DNA of 62,966 nucleotides, filler included, from Guillardia theta CCMP2712 (lineage: Eukaryota; Protista; Cryptophyta), in assembly GCF_000315625.1 (NCBI RefSeq). It is 6 parts of 6 records of this genome, joined end to end, with 100 filler letters (N's around TTAATTAATTAA, not from the genome) between each part and the next. Parts side by side here need not be neighbours in the genome. Positions count along the whole stretch, not along the records: positions 18,108 to 41,724 come from NW_005434369.1; 5 more parts are not named here. One strand, given 5' to 3'. Made by a program: the position numbers and the translations under genes. Shown in pieces: positions 24,101-34,744 of the stretch. Position 1 is the stretch's first letter, and each line of letters begins with the position of its first letter. The notes below the pieces were generated by a model that saw nothing but the letters and a program-made list of their open reading frames with translations, had not been told where the DNA came from and made no database searches.

Positions 24101-26140
24101 AGAGCAACGAAAGACGTTGTACTGACATCCTCCACTGAATGACGCCATGGCATGCGTGAAAGTCTCAGTGGTCCCACTCGTACCAGTTCGAACTGCACGG
24201 AGCACGGGCTTTCTGGGAAGATTGATCCCAGGATTGACTGCTTGCAGCCTTGAGTCATTCCAGCAAACAATTTCCCCAGCAAAAAGACTGCTAATCAAGT
24301 TCCTCGTGACAAGGAAAGACGAAATATTGGCTTCAGCGAGGTTGGCAAACATTACGACAGAGCTTGCTAATACTGGCACAAGAGTGAGCCCAAGGTCCCT
24401 ATCATATGTCAGAACACTAAATGATCGTTTTACAGCCTCTTACTTGGAGCATGGAGTCAAGAAGTGCAGAATGTCTTGGTCGTTATAACTCGTCGCGTCG
24501 GACCCCGCATAATCAACTCTGCAGTTTAGCATGTCTTGCAACCCCACGCCTGACGATTCGAATAAGATAAACAGCTCGCAAGGGAACAAGCGTCAACCTG
24601 AACCACCACCCGCATAGTCTACTTGAATTTGCTTGCTGTAAATTTCTTCCCTACTGTTGTATGCCGCGTTCATGGCATCATAGACACCCTTGGCCAGCGA
24701 GCTCCCTGATCCTCTCAAGGTGATCGGAAAGTCACCACTGAGTGTAATGTTGAGAACTGAAACTCCGTTGCATTTCATGGTGCTTAATCTATCCGTGACC
24801 TGGGATCACAGTAACTTCAGTTTGAAGGATGAACAAGCAATCAGCATGTTCGCATGCAAAACTTACATATCTTTGTAGTTCACTGGGTATGACTCCGAAA
24901 TGATTTGAATGCGCAACCTGTTTCACGATAAGAAACACTTAGGAGCAGTTCACCTTAGGATTTACCGCAGCCGCTGCATCGCTACTGACGACCCACGTCA
25001 AGTAATCGTAGAGGGCCCTCACTTGCTGACACCGCAAATTGTCTCCTTTGACGTTGGTCGGGAAAAAGATGTACCTGTCAATTTTCAAAGAGCAATTTCC
25101 AAGTGATGCATGAGTTGGCTTACGTCAAAGTTGTGATTGGCCAGGCGTTGGGAATGTTGGGGTCAAGGATACTAGAGCATATTCCGACATCTGGACACTC
25201 TCCTAACGATTGGTTCTTGAATACTCTCTTCGGTTGCTCTGCAATGAGTGCCTCCTGAATCGTCCGCACATTTACAGAGACCTGGACAACAAGATTCAGA
25301 GCGACAACAAGATTTAGAGCGACAACAAGATTTAGAGCGACAACAAGATTTAGAGCGACAACAAGATTTAGAGCGACAACAAGATTTAGAGCGACAACAA
25401 GATTTAGAGCGACGACAAGATTTAGAGCGACGACAAGATTTAGAGCGACGACAAGATTTAGAGCGACAACAAGATTTAGAGTGACAACAAGATTTAGAGC
25501 GACAACAAGATTTAGAGCGACAACAAGATTTAGAGCGACAACAAGATTTAGAGCGACAACAAGATTTAGAGCGACAACAAGATTTAGAGCGACAACAAGA
25601 TTTAGAGCGACAACAAGATTTAGAGTGACAACAAGATTTAGAGCGACAACAAGATTTAGAGCGACAACAAGATTTAGAGTGACAACAAGATTTAGAGCGA
25701 CAACAAGATTTAGAGCGACAACAAGATTTAGAGCGACAACAAGATTTAGAGCGACAACAAGATTTAGAGCGACAACAAGATTTAGAGTGACAAAAAGATT
25801 TAGAGCGACAACAAGATTTAGAGCGACAACAAGATTTAGAGCGACATGAAATTCCAGGTGCACAGCAGATTCCGAGCACACGTTGAGAGGTGATTACCTT
25901 TTTCCCGTCTGCTCCGTCAAGGTCGGGAACCACTAACCTACCATTCATGACCTCGGAGTGGATTCTACTATCGTATCCTTGATATCCAATGGAGTAGGGA
26001 TTCTCTAAGACATAATTGATCACGTCCCCCGTCGTGGCCTTGAGAGTCAGAGCTTCGCAAGTCGTCGGTGCTGTGGCAGATTGCGCCGACGCAACTTGCG
26101 AGGCGAACCAGATAATGCATGTAAGCATCCAACGCTTCAT
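21154..26140 (-). CDS. Single-pass receptor: signal peptide, PstS-like phosphate-binding ectodomain (permuted), TM helix, TKL-type protein kinase, class III (guanylate-type) cyclase
   Basis: Signal MKRWMLTCIIWFASQVASAQ; PstS motifs (LRGSGSS, YAGGGSG, DYAGSDA, WNDSRLQAVNPGINLP, RTGTSGTT, SIGY, AWPITTLTY); TM GAAILIFIFLGWTYI; kinase GRGTFG/VAVK/HGDLKAQN/DFG/GTPLWMAPE; cyclase FSDIVGFT, YKLETIGDAY, LFGDTVNTASRMES, RGDIEVKGKGLMKTFW. Confidence 0.92.
25285..25846. repeat. 18-bp minisatellite (AGCGACAACAAGATTTAG) x ~31 filling a minus-strand intron at 25282-25897
   Basis: Near-perfect tandem array; GT donor at 25897 and AG acceptor at 25282 join DGADGKK|VSVNVRTIQEA in frame. Confidence 0.92.
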
Positions 26141-26781
26141 GGTGCTTTGACTCAGAGGATGTCGAGGTGTAAACGAAGATAGGATCACTCTTGAAGCATG
26201 CGCTATCGGTTCAAGCAGAAGCTCGTCCTGGACCTTCCGACAACGCTGCCACCAGGGAGGTCGGCTCTCCCTACATTCACCATGTCGTGCGCTGGCGTGC
26301 GGTATCCTGCAGACGCCTTGAGTTGCAAGCATCATTAAGATCAAAGAGACTTCACAAGGACATCGCAATATTGTTGAGGAAACCTTTGGCATGCGGAACA
26401 AGAACTAGCGCACACCTTCATTGACATATCGAATGAAGCCCTCAACAACAATGAATGCACTATTATCTTGTCATGGGCCTAGCAAGTCACCCCTCACTAC
26501 GATCTTTTCATGGCAACGCTTCAGAAGCCGAAATAACAACGTGCCATACTGAAAAGGACACTTTTCTTGACTGTGCTCTCCAGTCCATCCAACTACAGTG
26601 TGCACGACTTTGAAGCTCGTGTGCGGCCTGGAATGCCTGCTCCTTGCTGTCTCTCTCTCCCTCTCTCTCAAAAGCATCTTCTCTCTTTCCTCCATTCTTT
26701 ATCTCCCCGTCCCCCTCTCCTGTCCTGCCCTCTACCTCGGTCAAGTCTTTTTCTGTTCGCAACGATCCCGGCATGGCAGGG

Positions 26782-27266
26782 ACGGGGGTTTGTGGGGTCG
26801 ATCTGACTGAATGAGGTAGGTGGGGTGGTGATAGCAGTCAAAACGAGGGGTTAATTTCCGGATTGTCTAGATCACAGGGGTGGTTTTGAGACACTGGTTG
26901 GTGGGTAGTCAAAAGAAGAGGTGGGGGTGGGGAAGAACGACCAAAAGATAGAGATTGGAGGCGAGCAGGCAGGGGTGGTAGAGAGACGTAGAGGAACGGG
27001 GGGTTGAATCAGTGAGGGGGTAAGGGGGATCTCTAGGGGTGGTCAAGCAAGGAGCATGAAAAGGGTAGGTCCTCGTAGGGGGTGTGGTACAGTCATCCGA
27101 CATTTGGCAGTCACCCACAGGGGTAGGGAGGCCATGAAGGTGAGTAGAGACAGGTAGGTAGTGGTACTAGGTAGGTGGGGGTACTGGGAAGCATACGGGT
27201 GGTAATGGTAAAGGCGTAGAATTATTAGGACAACCCCGTGAGAGCTGATGACCCCAGTACCCCTGT
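26782..27266. mobile_element. Possible non-autonomous TIR-type element with imperfect ~22-bp inverted ends and GGGGT subterminal motifs
   Basis: Left ACGGGGGTTTGTGGGGTCGATC versus reverse complement of the right end ACAGGGGTAC-TGGGGTC-ATC; no target duplication seen. Confidence 0.3.
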
Positions 27267-27414
27267 AAATACAATCAAAATGACGGGTGCTATTGAGGGC
27301 TCTTCATGCGAAAACAGCTCTTTTTGGTTCTGTTGTACAGCGAATGGACCAGAGAGGATGTAGTGGCAGCAAGTCCGCCTCAGAATCTTGGTGCATTTTG
27401 CTAGAGTCCGAGTC

Positions 27415-27497
27415 GCCGTGACTGATCATATCGGACCCGGTCGGTCACCGCCGTTCCGAGAGTCCGAGCGGCCCGGTCCGATCCGATCAGTCACGGC
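27415..27497. promoter_or_regulatory. GC-rich inverted repeat in the divergent intergenic region
   Basis: GCCGTGACTGATC (27415-27427) pairs with GATCAGTCACGGC (27485-27497); inner ATCGGACC pairs with GGTCCGAT. Confidence 0.5.
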
Positions 27498-28273
27498 TGA
27501 GTCGACTCGCCCGGAGTCGCGGCCCCCCGATGCCGGGCCGGACGGAGTCCGGACGAAAAACTTGAAAGAAAGAAAAAGATCACTAGGAGTTTGAAAGCTG
27601 ATGTGAGGAGCCGTTTCAGAGACTGAATTTGACTGCCGGGCAGAGCCCGCTGAGCCTGCGCTCCCCCGCCATGATCGGATGACTGGGAACCGGGCGCGAC
27701 GACTAGCTGAGCGAGTGAAATGAAGTGACGCATGAGTAACGCCTGTAGGAAACTTTCCTTGCGCCATCAGGCAGGCGACATGCAACATCGAGAGTCATAG
27801 ATTAAGACATCACTGTTTCTAGCTTGTTGACTTCTCACACTGAAACTGTTCCTCTGCTGTTTTAGCTCCCCTTCGCACCATCTCAACTCTGTCAAGGTGC
27901 AGTTGAGGTTACTCTACAACCTCGGAGCATGGGCTCACTGACACGGCACGCCTTTAGCCCGCCTTCGCTCGGACAGCCATTCAACGTGCTGGAGAAGAAT
28001 CATGGGAAATGCAAACTCTTCTCAAGACGAAAACTTCGGTACATGCAGACAAGCATACAAGCAAGAAAAGAAACGAGAAGAGAGAGAGAGAACGAGGGAA
28101 GCAGGACGAGGAACCAGAAGAGAGCAAAGGGATATCGTGACATCACATTCACTGTCGTGCTGACAGGGATTCTTCAATGTTGCTCCGAGAGTAGGGAGAA
28201 TACTCGCTTTATCGGGTCACAGCCTGTGAGTCAAATTGCACCTTTTGCTCTGCTCATTGCCTTCACTCTGCAG

Positions 28274-29584
28274 GTCCAAGCAGCTTCTTCCTGCGGCATC
28301 GGCGTTGGTCTGGACCCAGTCATGATAGCAGAGAGGAAGTAGGAAGAGTTCTCTCCTTCTCTGCTTCTCCTCCCTGTCGTTGTCTCTGCGTGACGTGCGA
28401 GCAGAGGCGCGTGGGTGATCGCTCTCGCCGAGGGAGGCTCCGCACATGTGGAAGGTGAAGAGCAACGAAGGGAGAAGGTTGTGGAGTGCAGAAGCTGACG
28501 TGCAGGTGGTAGGCGGCTTGCGGATCGGGGATCAGATAGTGAAGATTGATGACCTTGATGTTCACATGCTAATGAAGAATGTAAGAGAAGCGAAGACAGG
28601 ACAGGACAGGACAGGACAGGACAGGACAGGACAGGAGGACAGGAATTGAACAGAATGGCAGGGCAGGGCAGGGCAGGGCAGGGCAGGGGCGGGGCAGAGG
28701 GAGAGGCAGTTGGTAATCAGAGCTGGGCAAAGAAAAAGAAGAGGAGAGCAAGTTTCAGGGCTCGTTTTTCTTATTCTTGTTCAAGTCTGCGAATGACAAC
28801 GGCACTCAATGCGCGTTTGCTTTGGCTAACGCTCTCCTCGGCGACTATGGTCTTGTCTTGATTATCCATTTACGTCCTTCTCCTCTTGTCGTTCTTGTTG
28901 CTTGCTCCTTCCATCTTCTTGTCATTCTTCTTATCCCTTCTTCCCATTTCATACCTCTCATCGGCCTCTTTTGCTGCAGGAACGCCCGTGAGAATCGAAG
29001 TACTCCGGCAAGGAAAAGTGATGCGATGTGCGATGCACAGGGCCCCTCTACCCAAACAGTGCAAGGTAAACTCAAGCACTTCTGCTGCGGCTGCTGCTGC
29101 TGCTGCTCCTCCTCCTCCTCCTCCTCCTCCTCCTCCTCCTCCTCCTCCTCCTCCTCCTCCTCCTCCTCCTCATCGAAAGGACTTGTCCGTTTACACCTGT
29201 ACTGTCATGACATTACATGACTTTGATCTTCACTTTGTGCTTGTTGTTTCTTGTCTCACTTGTGGTGCAGTGGATCCGGACGTAGGAGAGGAGGACAAAA
29301 GAGTACTCTTGTCTCTTTATTTAAAGACAGCACAACGCCCTTGCTCGCCTTCACTCGTCTCTTTATTCAAAGACAACTCTCCGTCTCTCCCTCAACTCCG
29401 CAGCAGCGCTCTCCTCTCCTCCGCCAGCGCTCTCCTCCTGCTAACCGTCATCTTCACAAGTCCCCCGCGCATGCAGCACCTGCGTAAGCGAGCGATGATG
29501 CAGGCGAGCGGAGCGATACAGATCTGTGAGGAGAGGCCAAGTGTGAGGGGAAACAAAACAGAAGATGTTGAAACGGAGCTTTGA
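28274..29584 (+). CDS. Multi-exon PDZ-domain protein (5' end uncertain)
   Basis: Exons give CGIGVGLDP...GGLRIGDQIVKIDDLDV...LLGDYG/TPVRIEVLRQG, a PDZ signature. Confidence 0.65.
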
Positions 29585-29586
29585 CA

Positions 29587-29635
<49 letters not shown>

Positions 29636-29642
29636 CAGAAGC

Positions 29643-29681
<39 letters not shown>

Positions 29682-29785
29682 AGGAAATCAATCTACTGAC
29701 ATATAGAGGGGATGGGCGGGGTTGGATGTAGGGGGGTAAAGAAGTAGATAGTGCATGTGAAGATATAAGGTAAGAGGGATCAAAT

Positions 29786-29871
<86 letters not shown>

Positions 29872-32800
29872 GCGAGTTTGCGTCAAGGGAGCCGAGGGCG
29901 AGGAGCGGGGAGGTGTCGTACGAAAACAGCGAAGAAGGCGACGAAAGTCCACACTGAAGTCTCTTGGACGATCTCATCCGTCCTGTCCTGAGGAGGATAG
30001 AGGCTACTGCCTCGTCAGTTCCCCTTCTTCTCTCCCTCCTTCCCTTCCTCTGTCTCTACTTCTATCATTTTCCCGCAAACCCCCAGCATTCATCCCCTCT
30101 TCCTCTTCCTCTTCCTCTTCCTCTTCATCGTCACCTTTCAATGTCTTTCTCCCTCGCTTGTTGCAGCGTCACTGACGTGGTTGCAAGCTGAAAGCAGAGC
30201 TGGGGCAGGCAATGTCAAGTTAACCCCTCCTTTCCTCCATCCTCCCTTCACTCCCTCCCTGCTTCCTCCTCCATCCAGCCTCTTTCCCGTTGCTTCCCTT
30301 CCCTCCCTGACCTCCTCACTGAAGTTGCTCGGCAAACCCACAATCGGCTTTCCCCTGCACCATAGTTAGTTCCCTTCCTCCTCCCCTCGCTCCCTGTTTC
30401 TTCCACCCCATATCCTCTCCTCCCAAACTCCAAACCCTCCCTTCATCTCCTCCTCTTTTCTCCTTCACTCCCTCGCTCATATCCTCCCCTCCTTCCCATC
30501 CCCTCTTTCTCAGACCATTTCCCCTCTCACATCTTTTCATATCTTTCCTTCATATCTAGTTTGCTGCTTCCTTCCCCTTCAGTCTTTATCCTCACCCGTT
30601 GATGACAAATGTCGGCGTCATTCCTATCCCCATGTAAGATGAAAACGCGTAAGACGACGCTACGAGTCGCTCCCCCTGCCGCAATCGTTCAGTTCCTCCT
30701 CTCCTCTTTATCGTCTTCCCCCCTTCTCCTTCCCTTCCTCCTCCTCTTTCTTCCTCTTTGTCTCTCTCCCCCTTCCCTTTCCTCCCCTTGCGCACATTCT
30801 CTGCCGCCTCACCTCCATGTTCGCACATCCCACCAGCACGTTGAGGTCCATCTCCGCTTCCTCCGCACACTCTGGCGCCTGTCATGCTCATCAGACCAGC
30901 CAGCAGAATCTGAGGGAGTTGGGGGTAGAGAGGGATGAAGGAGAAAGAGATGGAGAGGGCATGGACACAGCAGAGGGGAAGATCAGCAGAGGAGACAATC
31001 AGAGTAAGAGAGTAAGAAAGAGAAGCGATAGGGAGGAGGGAAGGACCATCATCGGGATTTTCTTCACGTCCTTGTCCATGCATTTGAAGAATCGGAGATA
31101 TCTGCGTGACATTTAGAACGACAGCATCTCAACAAGAACGAGAGACTGATGACAAGACAAAACCAATATGATAGCAATAAGATCAAGAATGAAGCAAGGT
31201 TTGTGATAAGAATCAAGAGAGGGATCATACTGATAATTCTTGGGATAGTGTTGCCGAGCACAGAGTTCAAGCCTTTCACCTACAAGCTATTTTCCTGTCA
31301 TCACAATCCTCTTCTCATACTATTCCTCTTGTCCCCCCCCCCTCCTCCTATTTCTTGTCGCCTTCGCGTACCTCGGAAGGGCCGTGAATCGCCTTGAGCC
31401 ATGGGTGTCGATAGGTCCCATTGTTAAGCCCCACCTGCTCCTCCTTCAGCTGCTAATCTCAACAACCCCTTATTTCCTCCTCTCCCCTGTTCCCCAACGT
31501 CTTCCCCCTTCCACTCTCTCTGTCTCTCTCTCTCTGTCTCTCTCTCACGCACCATGTGAATGCGAAAGTCCATTCTCGCTTCCAGCGCCTTCCCGCGGTA
31601 ACTGCCGCCCGACTCAGGTCTTCTCCCGACTCAGGTCTTCTCTCGTGAGTCACTCACGAGCATTGAAAGTCGCAGGTGATGTTGTCGGCGAGTTTCTCCA
31701 TCGACTTGGCGCACCTGAAGCCCATCAGCAGAAAGAGGAGGAGGGGGAAAGGAGGGGAGGAGAAGGAAGAAGAGCAGAGGGAGAAGGAGATAGAGGCTCA
31801 GGTAGAAGAGGATGACAATCAAGACAGAGGAGATACAAGAGCAAGAGGGAGTGAGACAGGAAGCAAGGAGTCGAGCAAGAATGTGGTAGTGGAGTCCTTG
31901 TGGGGTCGAGAAGGATCATCGAAAGAGCAAGGAAGGACGTTACACAAGCGCTTACCACGGGCATTTCCCCATGACGTACATGTCAAGTCGGAGAATCTTG
32001 AGGGAGGGAGTGGGAGGAGGGCAAGAAGCTTCAGGTTGTCAGTCGAGCTGTTGCGGTTTGAAGCTTCACCTGGAGCTGAGTCTTCTAACGGCTGATCGAT
32101 CCCTCCCTCTATCTGTAGCATCGTATCATCGCCCTCCTCCCTCCTCTCCCTCCCTCTCTCCCTCCTCTCTCTCCCTCCCTCCCTCCCTCCCTCCCTCCCT
32201 CTTTTCCTACCTCCCTCCCTCCCTCCCTCCCTCCCTCCCGTTCCTCTGCTCGTGTTTCTGCCCTCCCCGTTTCTCTCTTGACTTTCTTCCTGACGCTCGC
32301 ATGCTCTCTGAGCTACTTTTCTTGCTCCTCGTCCTCCATGCTAAATTTCATCCTCTGCTCTCATCCCCTGTATTTATCCCCCCGCTTCTTGCTCCGTCCC
32401 TCTGGTCTTCCTTCCTCTTCGCTCACCTGCCAGCGCGCCTGCACGTCTGCGATGACTTCGTATCCGTCGCGGGAGGAAAGGCAGGTTGCGGAGCTGCAGG
32501 GACGTGAGATTGAGGAGGAGGAGGAGGAGGTGTGTGTGTGGGGGGGGACGCGCCTGTGCTTGCCCTTGCAGGGAGAAGTGATCCTGAGCTGATCTTGCGC
32601 AGAATGGGGAGAGGGCTGAAACACATGCATTGTAAGAAGGAGCAGGAGCAGAACATAGATTTGACAAAGAACGCATCAAAACGGATATTACAAGAAACCA
32701 ACAAAGGGGGAACAAAGAAAGAAGATTGTGCTAGCAAATGATGGAGAATGAATGGAGAAGGAGAAAAACAAAAGGACAAAAAGATAGAAAGGTAGACAGT

Positions 32801-33146
32801 GAAGGGTTCAGGACCACAGAAAATTGAGAGAGATTGAACTTCAGATGTTTTTCTTGTGGGAAAATCTTCCTGCAATCAAGCAAAATTAGATCAGACTCTT
32901 TGTGTATGTTTGAAAACAAAACACTGTTTGTCATGTCTATTCCCTTCTTTTTGTTCGATGTTTCTAACCTTGTCAATCAGTTTATCTCCATATCTTTCTC
33001 TTGCTTCCTGTTCGTCTTCCTCTCTGTTCCTCTCTGTTTTCAACGGTCTTCTATGCCTTGCACACCTACCTGCTGCTGAACCCCATCCCCTTCTTTCCAC
33101 CTCTCCAGCTCCTTCTCCAACCCCCGCATCCTCGTCTTCGTCTCAC

Positions 33147-34307
33147 CTGTGCGGCCAGTCTCCTCGCCGGATGCCGTCGGTGGTCACGATGTTGTGAAGC
33201 TTCCAGACGAACATGATGGCGCCATGCTTGGTGTCCACAGCTGCAAGCTCCCGCTGCAGGATTGGGTCATGATAGAAGAGGTGGAAGTGCCCTGAACAAA
33301 CGTGAGCGAAAGCGAACAGTCAAGAGGATTAAGGGAAGCCGGAGGTGTAGATGAGCGAGATAGACGAGCAGGGTAGTGAAACACCTCTGAACAAGAACTC
33401 AAGGACGGTGGAAGGGAAGGGAGGTAGACCAGAAAAGAGCTGGGAGGAAGGCATTGATTCTAAAGTGGGAGGGCAAGAAGGGGGGGGGAGAGGGGCAGGA
33501 GGAGGAGATCCAACCTCGGCAGACAGGGCAGGGGAAGATATGGTAGATGGCATCGAAGATGGCGCGGAAGGCGGCGAGCTGGTGGGGGGTGGGCCGTTCA
33601 GGCAGGTAGACGGAGACGGTGTGCATGTAAGTCCAGTAGGCGTGTCCCAGCATCTTGCGGTCGGGCGGGAGGTTTTCAACCTCCTGCTTGTTCCAGTGCT
33701 TGCGCGTGACCTCGAGGCCCCCGGCGATGACCCAGCGCGTCTTGATGGCCCTCAAGATCGTCTGCCGCAGCTCCCCGGAGAGATGCTTGAGGCGGAACTG
33801 CTTCAACCCGCGGGAGGGAACAAGGTCGAAGTAGGCGGCCTGCAGGTCCAGCAGCGGGGGGAAGAGAGTCTTCTGACGCCATAAATGCGCAGTCACACAG
33901 TTGTGAAGCTTCCATACCACAAGCTGCGCGTCCTCTGCCGTCGCCATGGCTTCGATCTCCTCCTTCATCGTCGCGTCCTGCACGATGGCAGCAATCAGGT
34001 CTCGTCCTTCGCCGGGGTAGAGGACGGTGACGGAGAACACGAGGTTGCGAAAGTTGTCTGCGTCCGAGGATGAGAGCCTGTCAGGCAGGTACGCAGCTGT
34101 CGTATGCAGAACCGTCCAGGTCTCTCTGCCCAGGACGCGGGCGTTTGGAGGGCGAGAGGATTTATCGAGCGAGGGGACGTTGCCGTAGTCATGGCAGACG
34201 CCCTTGTCGCAAGCTGTTGCTGCTTGCAGACACGCGAGGAGCAGGAGGACGCGAGGGCTCAGCAGGCTCGACGGGATCCCAAGGGTGTGGGCATGCAGAA
34301 GCCACAT
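33147..34307 (-). CDS. Secretory-pathway Erv1/ALR-family FAD sulfhydryl oxidase with two tandem Erv domains; further 3' exons likely toward ~31400
   Basis: Signal-like N-terminus. Domain 1: LGRETWTVLHTTAAYLP...LYPGEGR...WKLHNCVT (no CxxC). Domain 2: LGHAYWTYMHTVSVYLP...FPCPVCRG/HF...WKLHNIVT. Confidence 0.85.
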
Positions 34308-34712
34308 CGCTGTCAACGTCCTCGTCTTTTTCTCCTGCTTACGCAACCAAGTCAATCAAAGACATGGTTTTTGAAGAACAAAAGAACAAAAAGCTCTTGG
34401 GGAAGCTTTTCTCCTAGCATCTGTCTGACCTTTCCTGAAAATTCGTTGTGTTGCAACAGCACCTTAACACTCTGGACATGAACATGAGCTTCGATCACCA
34501 TCTTGCCCACATTGTTTCTTATTCACAACATTCAGGTCCCTCCGTCTCTCAACTCCTCTATCCTCCTCCATGCTCTACGTCTTCATCAGGAGTTGCTGAT
34601 GTCACCCATGGACACGCTCTGAACCAAACTCGCCTCAGGACCACGGCGGTTTAGAGTCTCCTGGTTGAGGGTTTAGGGTCGGGTTTTAAGGAAGGCCAAG
34701 GTGAGGAGAGGC

Positions 34713-34744
34713 TTAGGGTTTAGGGTTTAGGGTTTAGGGTTTAG
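34713..34744 (+). repeat. Interstitial telomeric repeat TTAGGG(TTTAGGG)3TTTAG, left flank of retroelement
   Basis: Direct reading; degenerate units also at 34648-34690. Confidence 0.9.

Noticed and set aside
25285-25846. 18-bp array as a CRISPR or as the Cys-rich ORF (CCRSKS)n
   Set aside because: No spacers; it lies within a GT-AG intron whose removal restores the PstS frame.
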